From assembly GCA_028681335.1 (NCBI GenBank), contig JAQUIT010000007.1, positions 950 through 64,949 of the forward strand: a stretch of 64,000 bases of DNA. Direction: 5' to 3'. Below the pieces are notes generated by a model that saw only the letters and a list, made by a program, of their open reading frames with translations, was not told where the DNA came from and did not search any database. The position numbers and the translations under genes are program-made. Origin of the DNA: Desulfuromonadaceae bacterium. Its GTDB lineage: Bacteria > Desulfobacterota > Desulfuromonadia > Geobacterales > Pseudopelobacteraceae. Positions 10,086 to 23,206 of this stretch are shown piece after piece. Numbering within the stretch: position 1 is the stretch's first letter; every line of letters starts with the position of its first letter.

Positions 10086-11435
10086 ATGTTAGATGCATGG
10101 CTACAAGCAACTGAAAATATTGAGAAAGTCTTATCGGAAGCCGATTTTGGCGCCTGGGTAAAGCCGGTTCATTACAGCCACCATAACGGTTCTACCGTTT
10201 TTTTGACTGTACCCAATTCATTCGTGAAAGAATGGCTGGAAGATCACTATTTAAAGGTCTTGACCGGAGCACTATCTGCAACATCAGGGTCCGCCGTTAC
10301 CCTGAACTTTATCATCAGGGACGATGAAGAACACCAACCATACATTTCAGAAGATTTTGTCGTTAAAGCTGAATCTGAACCAACAGCAGGTAGGAATGTA
10401 CCGCTGGAACAGGTATTCACCCCTCTCAATCAGAAGTACACGTTCGACCTTTTTGTAAGTGGAACCGGAAATCAATTTGCTCATGCTGCTGCAATGGCTG
10501 TAGCCAATAATCCTGCAGATACCTACAATCCTCTTTTTATCTATGGTGGCGTCGGTCTTGGGAAAAGTCACCTATTGAATTCAATTGGACACACAATCCG
10601 TGAAAATTCACCGGAGCTGAATGTCTGTTACTGCTCGGCAGAAAAATTCATGTATGAAATGGTAAACCACCTTCGTTTAAAGAAGATGGACGTATTCAGA
10701 AATAGATTCAGAACCGTTGATGTACTTTTAGTCGATGATATCCAGTTTATTTCCGGTAAGACAGGGACACAGGAAGAGTTTTTTCACACCTTTAACGCAC
10801 TCCATGATGCCCATAAACAGATTGTTATTACTTCAGATAAATTTCCTCGCGAAATATCCGACCTCGAAGAACGTCTGAGATCCAGATTTGAATGGGGTCT
10901 CATTGCCGATATACAACCACCAGATGTTGAAACAAAGATAGCAATTCTTAAAAAGAAATCCGAAATAACGAGGGTGTTTTTTCCGGAGGATGTTTATTAC
11001 TTCCTGGCGTCGAGTGATACGAGAAATATCCGTGAACTTGAAGGAATGCTCATAAGACTCGGAGCTTTTAGTAGTCTTCAGAATATTCCTGTGACACTTG
11101 ATATGGCAAAGGAAAATCTTAAAGATATCCTTGGAGACCGACATAAAGAAATTACTGTTGAGTTAATCCAGAAAACTGTTGCTGATTATTTTGACCTGAA
11201 ATTAGTTGACCTAAAGTCTGAGAAACGGTTAAAAAATATAGTCCAGGCTCGTCAAATAGCCATATGGTTCTGCAGAGATATGACTAAATCATCCTATCCT
11301 GACATAGGATTAAAGTTCGGCGGCAAGGATCATTCTACAGTTATACACTCGTACAAAAAAATAGACAAAGCACTGGCATCAGAACCAAAACTTTCTCGAA
11401 TTATGGATGAAATTAGACGAACACTTCTCAAGTAG
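10086..11435 (+). CDS. dnaA: Chromosomal replication initiator protein DnaA
   Basis: AAA+ Walker A GGVGLGKSHLL, Walker B LLVDDIQF and the C-terminal DNA-binding helix (GGKDHSTVIHSYKKI). The ORF opens at GTG 10074. I prefer ATG 10086 (MLDAWLQ...). Confidence 0.97.
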   Translation: MLDAWLQATENIEKVLSEADFGAWVKPVHYSHHNGSTVFLTVPNSFVKEWLEDHYLKVLTGALSATSGSAVTLNFIIRDDEEHQPYISEDFVVKAESEPTAGRNVPLEQVFTPLNQKYTFDLFVSGTGNQFAHAAAMAVANNPADTYNPLFIYGGVGLGKSHLLNSIGHTIRENSPELNVCYCSAEKFMYEMVNHLRLKKMDVFRNRFRTVDVLLVDDIQFISGKTGTQEEFFHTFNALHDAHKQIVITSDKFPREISDLEERLRSRFEWGLIADIQPPDVETKIAILKKKSEITRVFFPEDVYYFLASSDTRNIRELEGMLIRLGAFSSLQNIPVTLDMAKENLKDILGDRHKEITVELIQKTVADYFDLKLVDLKSEKRLKNIVQARQIAIWFCRDMTKSSYPDIGLKFGGKDHSTVIHSYKKIDKALASEPKLSRIMDEIRRTLLK

Positions 11436-11657
11436 GTAAAACCTGTTTATTCAATGTGGACAACTGTTGATATGTTTTTAGTCTGTTCATAAGTAAGAGA
11501 AACACGATTACATATGCACAGGTAAAAAGAGTCGTTATACGTAACAAATTGTGCATGTTATGCGTTTATCCCCTGTTTCCACAGGACCAACAATGTACTA
11601 CAAGGTTTTTAAATATATTATAAACATACTACTACGTAAGTAGAACAAGGGGCATCT
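11436..11657. other. dnaA-dnaN spacer with weaker DnaA-box-like sites (alternative or second origin segment)
   Basis: TGTGGACAA at 11455-11463 (1 mismatch to TGTGGATAA), TGTTGATAT at 11465-11473, and GTTTCCACA near 11575-11583 (2 mismatches). AT-rich tail before dnaN. Confidence 0.3.
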
Positions 11658-12779
11658 ATGGAATTCAAAATAGAAAAAGACCAATTCCTGAAGTCACTGC
11701 AGAAAATACAAGGCATTGTTGAAAAAAGAACCTCGATGCCTATTTTATCCAATGTCCTTCTGGAAGCTACTGAAACGTCGCTTCTGGTTACTGCAACAGA
11801 CCTGGAAGTAGGCATGAAAAGCTCTTATGCAGCCGAAGTTATTTCCACAGGAAAAATTACCGTTTCAGCAAAGAAACTATATGAAATTGTAAAGGAACTT
11901 CCAAACCAGCCGATATCATTTTTAACTAAAGATAATGACTGGGTTGAAATTAAATGTGGAAAAGTTCAGTTCAACATAGTTGGACTTTCTCCAGATGAAT
12001 TTCCTTATTTTCCTGATGTAAAGGAAGAAAATCTCTTTGAAATTGAAACATCTTTGCTGCGGGGCATGATCGAAAAAACCTCGTATGCCATCTGTACTGA
12101 TGAAACCAAATACAATCTCAACGGAATTTTTATCAAAGAGGAAGTACGCCCGGACGGCAGCAACGGTCTTAAAATGGTTTCTACGGATGGCCATCGCCTC
12201 TCGATAGCTTCAGGTAGTCTCAAAGGTACAGCCGGACCTGAACTCTTAAAAGGTGTCATACTACCCAAAAAGGGTGTTTATGAGATGAAGAAGATCACTG
12301 ACGAAGAGGGAGGCACACTGCTGTTTGGTTTTATGGATAACAGTGCTGTTATCAAGCGAGGTGATTCATACATGGTTATGCGCCTTGTAGATGGAGAGTT
12401 TCCCGATTACAACCGAGTGATACCAACTACAAATACGCAGGTGGTAACTGTCAACAAGGAAGATTTCAGTCATTCTGTACGTCGTATGGCAATTCTTTCC
12501 AGTGAAAAATTCAAAGGGATCATGCTGGAGATTTCAGCCGGTGGCATTAAGATTTCCTCCAGTAATCCGGAACTCGGAGATGCTATGGAAGAGCTGGATG
12601 TTGCCTATAGCGGGGACCCTATTTCCGTTAGATTTAATGCCCGTTATCTCCTTGATGTTCTTTCTGTTGCCGAAACTGAACGGGTTGAGATGAAATTCAA
12701 GGATGAACTTTCACCTTCGATAATTGTCCCGGAAAACTCTGACAGCTTTCTTGCGGTTATTATGCCGATGAGGCTCTAA
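11658..12779 (+). CDS. dnaN: DNA polymerase III beta sliding clamp
   Basis: 373 aa. N-terminus MEFKIEKDQFLKSLQKIQGIVEKRTSMPILSNVLLEA and C-terminal AVIMPMRL. Confidence 0.97.
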   Translation: MEFKIEKDQFLKSLQKIQGIVEKRTSMPILSNVLLEATETSLLVTATDLEVGMKSSYAAEVISTGKITVSAKKLYEIVKELPNQPISFLTKDNDWVEIKCGKVQFNIVGLSPDEFPYFPDVKEENLFEIETSLLRGMIEKTSYAICTDETKYNLNGIFIKEEVRPDGSNGLKMVSTDGHRLSIASGSLKGTAGPELLKGVILPKKGVYEMKKITDEEGGTLLFGFMDNSAVIKRGDSYMVMRLVDGEFPDYNRVIPTTNTQVVTVNKEDFSHSVRRMAILSSEKFKGIMLEISAGGIKISSSNPELGDAMEELDVAYSGDPISVRFNARYLLDVLSVAETERVEMKFKDELSPSIIVPENSDSFLAVIMPMRL

Positions 12780-12788
12780 AAGCGTCAG

Positions 12789-16296
<3,508 letters not shown>

Positions 16297-16356
16297 CTGA
16301 ATTAAATCAATTACTTTCTCATCGTTTTGATGATGAGCAGCAGATACGAGGTACCA

Positions 16357-18936
16357 ATGCAGATCCCAACGGAAATTCCAGCCAACAAGATAGCGGTTAA
16401 TATTGAAGATGAGATGAAGCGGTCCTACATGGACTACGCCATGTCGGTCATTATCGGCCGGGCGCTGCCGGATGTGCGCGACGGCCTCAAACCGGTTCAT
16501 CGCCGCTGCCTGTACGCCATGTACGACATGGGCAACGACTACAACAAACCGTACAAGAAATCCGCCCGTGTTGTCGGTGATGTTATCGGTAAGTACCACC
16601 CGCACGGCGATACGGCTGCGTACGACACGATCGTGCGTATGGCCCAGGATTTTTCCCTGCGCTACATGCTCGTAGAAGGCCAGGGTAACTTCGGTTCAGT
16701 GGACGGCGACCGCGCGGCGGCTATGCGTTATACCGAGATCCGCTTGCGTCACCTTTCCCATGAACTACTGACCGACCTTGACAAAGAAACGGTCAACATG
16801 GCGCCCAACTACAACGACGAGATGCTGGAACCGACGGTACTGCCGTCCAAGTTCCCCAACCTGCTGGTTAACGGTTCAACCGGTATTGCGGTCGGCATGG
16901 CCACGAACATCCCGCCCCACAATCTGGGGGAGATCATCGACGGCATAATAGCTGTCATCAACAATCCGGGGATCAGCTTTGAGGAGATGCTGGAAATGAT
17001 CCCAGGGCCTGATTTCCCGACCGGCGCCACGATTTATGGCCGCAAGGGTATCAGGGACGCCTATAGCACCGGCCGCGGTATCATCCAGATCCGTGCAAAG
17101 GCGCATGTTGAAGCTTCCAAACGTTCCGAGCGTCAGGCAATTATTGTCACCGAACTCCCTTATCAGGTCAATAAGGCCCGCCTTATTGAGAAGATAGCTG
17201 AACTGGTCAAGGAGAAGAAGGTTGAAGGGATTACTGAAATCCGCGACGAGTCCGATCGCCAGGGGATGCGGATCGTTATCGAGGTTAAACGGGACGAAAA
17301 CGCCGAGGTGCTGCTCAATCAGCTCTATAAGCAATCCCAACTGCAGGTTTCCTTCGGGATAATCATGCTGGCGATTGTCCACAATCGTCCCCGTGTGCTG
17401 ACACTGCGTGAGATGATGGACTGTTTTATTGAACACCGCTGCGAGGTCGTCACCCGCCGCACCAACTTCGAGCTGAAGAAGGCGCTGGCCCGGGCCCATA
17501 TCCTGGAAGGTCTCAAGATAGCCCTGGACTGGCTGGATGCCGTGATTGAGATGATCCGCGAGTCCAAGACACCGCCAGAAGCCAAACAGGGGCTGATGGA
17601 CGGTAAATTTGCCGATCCGGAATTCCTGACGCGTCTCAACCTGCCGCGTCCGGTAGATTTTGAAGGTTCGGTGCAGCTGTCCGAGATTCAGGCCCAGGCT
17701 ATTCTTGAGATGCGTTTGCAGCGCCTGACCGGCCTCGAGCGGGACAAGATCATTGCCGAGTACGAAGAGGTCATGAAACTGATCGCCCGTCTCCGGGAAA
17801 TCCTGGCGTCCGACACCGAGATCCTTAAGATTATCGTTGCCGAGCTGACCGAAATCAGGGAGCGCTTTGGCGACAAGCGCCGCTCCGAGATCGCGGATCA
17901 GAGTGCCGATATTTCGCTGGAAGATACCATAGAGGACGAAGAGATGGTGGTCACCATTTCCCATACCGGCTACATCAAGCGGAGTGCCGTTGACCTGTAT
18001 CGCTCGCAGCGACGCGGTGGCAAAGGGAAAACCGGCATGAAGACCAAAGAGGAGGATTTTGTCGAGCAGCTCTTCATCGCCTCGACCAAGGACTACCTGC
18101 TCTGCTTTACCGATGCCGGACGTATGTACTGGCTTAAGGTATACGAAATTCCCGAGGGGAGCCGTACCACCAAAGGGAAGGCGGTTGTCAATCTGGTCAA
18201 CGTTTCGGCCGGGGAAAAGATCACTACGATTCTGCCGGTCAAGGAGTTCAGCGAGCACACCTACCTCTTTATGGCGACTCAGAATGGCGTCGTTAAGAAG
18301 ACTCCGCTGGTGGACTACTCCAACGTCCGTTCCGGCGGCATTATCGCCGTTAATCTGGATGATGGCGACAGACTGATCTCCGTGGCCCTGACCGATGGCA
18401 CCAAGGACATCTTCCTCGCTTCGCGGAACGGCAAAGCGATCCGTTTCAACGAGGAGGACGTCCGTTCGATGGGACGTGTCACCCGCGGGGTGCGCGGCAT
18501 GAACCTTGCCAAGGATGACCGGGTAATCGGGATGGAGATCGTTGACAATCAGGCCGTGGGCTCGACGATCTTCACCGTGTGTGAGAACGGCTTCGGCAAG
18601 CGTACCGATCTGGACGAGTATCGCGACCAGTCGCGCGGTGGCAAGGGGATCATCACAATTAAAACCACCGAGCGTAATGGCTGCGTGGTCAATGTCATGC
18701 AGGTTGCTGATGATCACGATCTTATGGTGATAACCGACCAGGGCAAGATTCTGCGGGTACCGGTGTCCGGATTCTCGGTAATCGGTCGTAACACCCAGGG
18801 TGTCACATTGATGAATACCGAAGATAATGAGAAGGTTGTTGCCGTTGCCCGTCTGGCTGAAAAAGATGAAGACGAGGATGGTGAAGGCCTTGAAGAGGGC
18901 ATAGAGGGAACTGAAGAAGGGGAAGCAGAGGTCTAG
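16357..18936 (+). CDS. gyrA: DNA gyrase subunit A
   Basis: The ORF opens at TTG 16327. ATG 16357 has GAGG 5 nt upstream. Carries [24 protein letters not shown], the active-site AAMRYTE, beta-pinwheel repeats and an acidic tail. Confidence 0.97.
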   Translation: MQIPTEIPANKIAVNIEDEMKRSYMDYAMSVIIGRALPDVRDGLKPVHRRCLYAMYDMGNDYNKPYKKSARVVGDVIGKYHPHGDTAAYDTIVRMAQDFSLRYMLVEGQGNFGSVDGDRAAAMRYTEIRLRHLSHELLTDLDKETVNMAPNYNDEMLEPTVLPSKFPNLLVNGSTGIAVGMATNIPPHNLGEIIDGIIAVINNPGISFEEMLEMIPGPDFPTGATIYGRKGIRDAYSTGRGIIQIRAKAHVEASKRSERQAIIVTELPYQVNKARLIEKIAELVKEKKVEGITEIRDESDRQGMRIVIEVKRDENAEVLLNQLYKQSQLQVSFGIIMLAIVHNRPRVLTLREMMDCFIEHRCEVVTRRTNFELKKALARAHILEGLKIALDWLDAVIEMIRESKTPPEAKQGLMDGKFADPEFLTRLNLPRPVDFEGSVQLSEIQAQAILEMRLQRLTGLERDKIIAEYEEVMKLIARLREILASDTEILKIIVAELTEIRERFGDKRRSEIADQSADISLEDTIEDEEMVVTISHTGYIKRSAVDLYRSQRRGGKGKTGMKTKEEDFVEQLFIASTKDYLLCFTDAGRMYWLKVYEIPEGSRTTKGKAVVNLVNVSAGEKITTILPVKEFSEHTYLFMATQNGVVKKTPLVDYSNVRSGGIIAVNLDDGDRLISVALTDGTKDIFLASRNGKAIRFNEEDVRSMGRVTRGVRGMNLAKDDRVIGMEIVDNQAVGSTIFTVCENGFGKRTDLDEYRDQSRGGKGIITIKTTERNGCVVNVMQVADDHDLMVITDQGKILRVPVSGFSVIGRNTQGVTLMNTEDNEKVVAVARLAEKDEDEDGEGLEEGIEGTEEGEAEV

Positions 18937-18973
18937 CGGTAAAACCCCTCAAACAGCGAGCAGGAGACAGACA

Positions 18974-19012
18974 AAATCGGGACGCGACCAATCAGGTGCG
19001 TCCCGATTTTTA
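18974..19012. terminator. Intrinsic terminator between convergent gyrA and the PagL-like gene
   Basis: AAATCGGGACGC (18974-18985) pairs with GCGTCCCGATTT (18997-19008) around an 11-nt loop, followed by TTTAT. The A-tract on the left makes it potentially bidirectional. Confidence 0.8.
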
Positions 19013-19037
19013 TATCGGCGCAATGGTGCCGCTCCTC

Positions 19038-19628
19038 TTAGTAGTAAAATGAGACCCCAAACAGTATCTTGCTGGAGTTGATCGGTTCATTTGGCGAGGC
19101 TGTACCGGCATTTGAGATGTGATGATATCGGTATTCCATACTCAGGGTGGTCTTCTTGTGTATGAAATACTGAAGACCTGTGCCTCCCTGGTAGCTGTAG
19201 CACAGCCTTGTTCCCATCGTTGGCAGTCCAAGGTCGACATACAACGGACCGCCGCCGGCCAGCACATAAGGTACATATTTGTCCAGACTGGTGAATCTCC
19301 AGTGACCAATCACATACACGCCCACCATGGAGCGTCCGCCATAATTGATGGCCAGGTGATAGGGAAGTTCCACTACAATCTCATGTCGGCCTTGATACCA
19401 ACTTCCTTTACCGATCTCACCCGATACAAAAAAACCGGCCCGAGGGATCAAATCCAATGTTTGAATCTCATGGCGGGTGTCACCAAAGCCGATATGTGAG
19501 ATGCCGTAACCGGCAAGGAAGCCGTATTCACCGGTCGCAGTGGAAGCCGTGTTATCGGCTGAGGCCGGCAACGGCAGAGAAAGAATGATGAGCAGTATAA
19601 AAAAAAGAGATTTTTTTCTATGATTCAT
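19038..19628 (-). CDS. Outer-membrane acyloxyacyl hydrolase / lipid A 3-O-deacylase (PagL-like beta-barrel)
   Basis: 196 aa. Signal peptide MNHRKKSLFFILLIILSLPLPASA, alternating beta-strand pattern, aromatic C-terminus FGVSFYY and a PagL-type catalytic His/Ser motif YRYHHISNAG. Confidence 0.6.
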   Translation of the reverse strand: MNHRKKSLFFILLIILSLPLPASADNTASTATGEYGFLAGYGISHIGFGDTRHEIQTLDLIPRAGFFVSGEIGKGSWYQGRHEIVVELPYHLAINYGGRSMVGVYVIGHWRFTSLDKYVPYVLAGGGPLYVDLGLPTMGTRLCYSYQGGTGLQYFIHKKTTLSMEYRYHHISNAGTASPNEPINSSKILFGVSFYY

Positions 19629-19969
19629 TACGTGACTCCTGTGGAATGAATATCGTGCTAAGGTCTTTCAGCCATCCGGGCAAATTGCTGCCGTAACGGT
19701 GAAGGAGAAGGTTTTTCACTTATAGGCTCCGCGATAAAGGGAATAACCGGTTTCATGTATCTTCAGAGGTCGGGTGAATATCTATAGCACAGAGTTGTCG
19801 TAAAAGCTGGTTCGTTGTCATTAATAAATCTCATTACACCCGTCATATATGGCGGATATGTTGTGCGTGACGGGTGCCGCTGCTGGTTTGCACGTTGACA
19901 CACACCCTGCAAATTCATTTTTATTCGTACAATCATAGCGTTGCACTCATGCAAGTTTCTGGTATTCTC

Positions 19970-19985
19970 TGGCACGGTACTTGAA
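19970..19985 (+). promoter_or_regulatory. Sigma-54-like -24/-12 element upstream of the lipid cluster
   Basis: TGGCACGGTACTTGAA compared with consensus TGGCACG-N4-TTGCW. The -24 half is perfect and the -12 reads TTGA instead of TTGC. It lies about 160 nt upstream of ATG 20146 in a 517-bp non-coding gap. Confidence 0.3.
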
Positions 19986-20145
19986 GTTATTACGTCAGTA
20001 AAATTTGGCAGGACTACCGACAGATAGTTCCGCAGACAACGCAGATGCAAAACCGGACTGTGGAACCCTGTCATTAGCAGCCAGTTGAAGAATACTCTTC
20101 ACACTATTTTAGACCGGGTTGTTCGGGCCGGTAAAGGGAATCGGA

Positions 20146-21570
20146 ATGCCAGAAGAATCATCAAAACGCGCACCGCTTTCGCACCTCCACCCCCCGCAAC
20201 AGGCTCGTCCGAAACTCCTTCTTATTTACCCTGCAACCCACAAACTTGGCTGGGCAAAATATTTTCAGCTTCCTTCCCTCTCTCTCCAGCAGGTTGCCGC
20301 AGTGACGCCTCCGCAGTGGGAGGTGACTCTCGTGGATGAAAGCCAGGAATTGATTCCCTACGGCAGCCACTTTGATGTCGTCGGAATAACCGCCATGACC
20401 CACCAGGCGACACGTGCCTACGAAATTGCCGACCAGTTCAGGAGAGAGGGTGTCACGGTCATCATGGGGGGAATGCACCCGACGGTTATGCCTGAAGAAG
20501 CGCTCACCCACGCAGATGCAGTCGTTATAGGCGAAGCTGAGCCGGTCATGGCCAGGCTCCTCGACAATTTTTTCAGCGGCAGCCTGGAAAAGATCTACCG
20601 GGCACCGATTCCGCAGGACGATACACTTGTTGTGCCCTGGCCACGCCGCGAGATTTTGGCCGGCAAACGATATCTGACCACCCAGACTATTCAGGCCAGC
20701 CGCGGTTGCCCGTACGATTGCTCTTTTTGTACCGTTACGCACTATTTCGGGAATCGCTTCCGCTATCGCGACCCTGCCGACATCCTCGCCGAGATCCGCT
20801 CTTTTCCCCGGAAACTGGTGATTTTTCTGGACGACAATCTTCTGGGGGACCCTGCGATAGCGCGGCCGGTTCTTGAGGGGATGGCGGAGATGGGTATACG
20901 CTGGGGCTCTCAGACAAGTCTGCGTTTTGCCGAAGACCGGGAGCTGCTCAAGCTCGTCGCCCGTTCCGGCTGCATCGGCTTATTCGTCGGAATTGAGTCG
21001 GTAACGGGTCCGTACTCACTGCTCGCTAAATCAGCGGGGCAGACGTCTCAGGCCGAACTTATGAAGCGGGTCAGTGATGCCGGTATTATCCTTGAAACGT
21101 CTCTTATCTTCGGCTTTGACGACCACGATCAAAGCATTTTCGAACGGACTCTCCGTTTTGTTGAGAAGTGTTCTGTGAGTGTTCCAACCTTCAACCTGTT
21201 GACCCCGTATCCGGGAACGAAGCTTTTTCACCAGTATGAACAGGAGGGGCGCCTTTTGCACAGCGACTGGAACCGTTACAACCACTCGGAGGTTGTTTTC
21301 CAGCCGAAGCTGATGTCGCCTGAACAGCTCTACCGGGGGTGGCTGGAGGCTCGTAAGGAGGCGTATACCTGGCCTGCCGTCCTGTCCCGTGTCTGGAGAA
21401 ATCCGGGCCGCCGCATCACAAACCTGGCTTACAACATACTCCGCAAAGGGCCCAACGACCGTCTTAAGGCCGCAGATATGGATGAATGCTCTTTTCAGCA
21501 ACCAGTTCAGGAGTCACTCTATGAAGCCGACGGTACAAAATGCAGCCAGGAGTCGCACCATGCGCGATAG
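20146..21570 (+). CDS. Class B (cobalamin-binding domain) radical SAM enzyme with DUF4070-like C-terminus
   Basis: N-terminal B12-binding-like Rossmann region (LLLIYPAT..., VVGITAMTHQATRAYEIADQFRREGVTVIMGGMHPT), a radical SAM cluster ASRGCPYDCSFC, and a C-terminal tail. The ORF opens at 20119. ATG 20146 has AGGGA upstream. Confidence 0.85.
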   Translation: MPEESSKRAPLSHLHPPQQARPKLLLIYPATHKLGWAKYFQLPSLSLQQVAAVTPPQWEVTLVDESQELIPYGSHFDVVGITAMTHQATRAYEIADQFRREGVTVIMGGMHPTVMPEEALTHADAVVIGEAEPVMARLLDNFFSGSLEKIYRAPIPQDDTLVVPWPRREILAGKRYLTTQTIQASRGCPYDCSFCTVTHYFGNRFRYRDPADILAEIRSFPRKLVIFLDDNLLGDPAIARPVLEGMAEMGIRWGSQTSLRFAEDRELLKLVARSGCIGLFVGIESVTGPYSLLAKSAGQTSQAELMKRVSDAGIILETSLIFGFDDHDQSIFERTLRFVEKCSVSVPTFNLLTPYPGTKLFHQYEQEGRLLHSDWNRYNHSEVVFQPKLMSPEQLYRGWLEARKEAYTWPAVLSRVWRNPGRRITNLAYNILRKGPNDRLKAADMDECSFQQPVQESLYEADGTKCSQESHHAR

Positions 21571-22300
21571 CAGCGCCATCAACCGCGACTTCTATGATGT
21601 TCTCTGGTCAGAGTCTCACCTGAAACAGCCCGATCGTTTCAATACCTGGCCTCTGATTTCCGGTTTATTAGCGCTTGCCCCTGCACGCCTGGAGATAGGC
21701 CCCGGTCTGCGCCCGCGGCTGCCAATATGCGGCACCAGTTTCATAGACATCAGCCCACCGGTTATCGAATGTCTGGAGAAGTGCGGCGGCATCGCGGTCA
21801 CCGGTGAAATAGGTGCTCTCCCGTTCATCACCGGGAAATTCGAACTTGTCTGCGCGTTTGATGTCATTGAGCATGCCGAGGATGACCGGCGGGTTTTTGG
21901 TGAGGTAAGCCGCGTGCTCAAGGAGGGAGGCCATTTTGTCTTTTCCGTCCCGCTGCATACAAAATTCTGGACAAAATTTGACGAATTCGTGGGCCATGTG
22001 CGCAGGTATGATCCTGCTGATTTGCTGTTGCTGATTGCTGCCCACGATCTGGTTCTCGAAAAAAGTGCCATCTACGGCATGCAACCGGCAAACCCACGCT
22101 TGTTGGACCTCGGCATCTGGTGGCTCAAACATCACCGGCGGGAAGCGATGTGGTGCTATAATAAGGTGCTGATGCCGCTGGGGATGCTCATTCAAAAGCG
22201 ATTGAAATTCGTCGATGGACTGGTAGATACGGCCGGTGTCGATGAAATTGTTCTCGTGTGCCGCAAGCGGACCGGGACTTCACAGGGACAGGTACATTGA
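21521..22300 (+). CDS. Class I SAM-dependent methyltransferase
   Basis: Motif I-like LEIGPGLRPRL and FDVIEHAEDDRRVFGEVSRVLKEGGHFVFSVP (Methyltransf_11-like). The ORF opens at 21389 inside the upstream gene. ATG 21521 has AGGAG 7 nt upstream; ATG 21560 is an alternative. Confidence 0.75.
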   Translation: MKPTVQNAARSRTMRDSSAINRDFYDVLWSESHLKQPDRFNTWPLISGLLALAPARLEIGPGLRPRLPICGTSFIDISPPVIECLEKCGGIAVTGEIGALPFITGKFELVCAFDVIEHAEDDRRVFGEVSRVLKEGGHFVFSVPLHTKFWTKFDEFVGHVRRYDPADLLLLIAAHDLVLEKSAIYGMQPANPRLLDLGIWWLKHHRREAMWCYNKVLMPLGMLIQKRLKFVDGLVDTAGVDEIVLVCRKRTGTSQGQVH

Positions 22301-22366
22301 CTTGAAATCGCTTGTAATGTAATGATTATCAGTTTTTTACCGCACTTCCCGGGGTTTACTTAACAG

Positions 22367-23206
22367 ATGCACAATGTTTTAACTGTTGATGTCGAGGATT
22401 GGTACCATGTCTGCGAGCCGGGTAAGGCAGCACCCGTTCCACCGCGTGAATCATGGCGGATTCGTCGTAACCTGGAGAGGATTTTGGCACTGCTTTCCGG
22501 CCATGGTCAGAAGGGCACGTTTTTCATGCTCGGTTCCGTGGCGGAAAACGATCCTGATTTGGCACCTATGATCTGTTCGGCGGGGCATGAAATTGCCTCA
22601 CACGGCTATTCGCACCGTCTGGTCTCTGATTTGACACCAGAGCAGTTTCGGCATGAACTGCAGCTCACCGCACGGATACTGGTGGAGCAGACCGGGCAGC
22701 AACCGATCGGCTACCGGGCGCCGCAATGGTCTCTGTCTGAACAGGTCGGCTGGCCCTTTGCGATCCTGCGGGAAGAAGGGTATCGCTACGACTCAAGCCT
22801 CAATCCTCTTCCCTTTGTGGGTAATTCCCGCGGCAGCCGCACTCCCTATCCACTTGAGGGTGAAGGGGCAGGTCTGTGGGAGATCCCGCCGATGGTGACC
22901 CGGTCCTGGATCGGCAATTTGCCCACCGGTGGCGGGTGGGGCTTCAGGTTATTCCCTTTCAGGGCCATTTGTTCGACTATCGATGGGCTGAATCGGTCCC
23001 GTCAGCCGGCTGTTCTGTATCTCCACCCCCGGGAGGTGGACCCTGCCGGCCCCCGGCTTGACCTTCACGTCCTGAAACGGTTCGTATCCTATGGAACCAG
23101 AACGGATGCGTCCATCCGATTGGGTGGGTTGTTACAGCGGTATCAATTTACCACTATCAAGGAGTTACTAACACGTGGCAGCATGTATCCTGATTCCTGC
23201 ATATAA
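22367..23206 (+). CDS. CE4 polysaccharide deacetylase with DUF3473-type C-terminus
   Basis: N-terminus LTVDVEDWYHV, metal-binding HGYSHR and a YRAPQWS motif. This pattern is typical of deacetylases found in exopolysaccharide and lipid loci. Confidence 0.8.
   Translation: MHNVLTVDVEDWYHVCEPGKAAPVPPRESWRIRRNLERILALLSGHGQKGTFFMLGSVAENDPDLAPMICSAGHEIASHGYSHRLVSDLTPEQFRHELQLTARILVEQTGQQPIGYRAPQWSLSEQVGWPFAILREEGYRYDSSLNPLPFVGNSRGSRTPYPLEGEGAGLWEIPPMVTRSWIGNLPTGGGWGFRLFPFRAICSTIDGLNRSRQPAVLYLHPREVDPAGPRLDLHVLKRFVSYGTRTDASIRLGGLLQRYQFTTIKELLTRGSMYPDSCI

Noticed and set aside
16876-18717. 613-aa ORF antisense to gyrA (plus several shorter ones in gyrA and gyrB)
   Set aside because: It lies entirely inside, and opposite to, an unambiguous gyrA reading frame. 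The translated sequence is low-complexity (Gly/Asp/Leu/His-rich) with no motif. Long stop-free antisense frames are expected in GC-rich, codon-biased genes.
19763-20074. 103-aa minus-strand ORF in the PagL/cluster intergenic region
   Set aside because: No RBS, signal or motif was found. The amino-acid composition is odd (Cys/His/Arg-rich) and it overlaps the candidate promoter region. It is probably non-coding.
19629-20145. Cobalamin or c-di-GMP (GEMM-I) riboswitch upstream of the B12-radical-SAM operon
   Set aside because: I looked for a B12 box and for the GGCAAACC...GACGCAAAGCC pattern. Only a vague ACGCAGATGCAAAACCGG stretch (about 20040-20060) is present and the paired first half is missing. 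It cannot be supported without a covariance-model scan.
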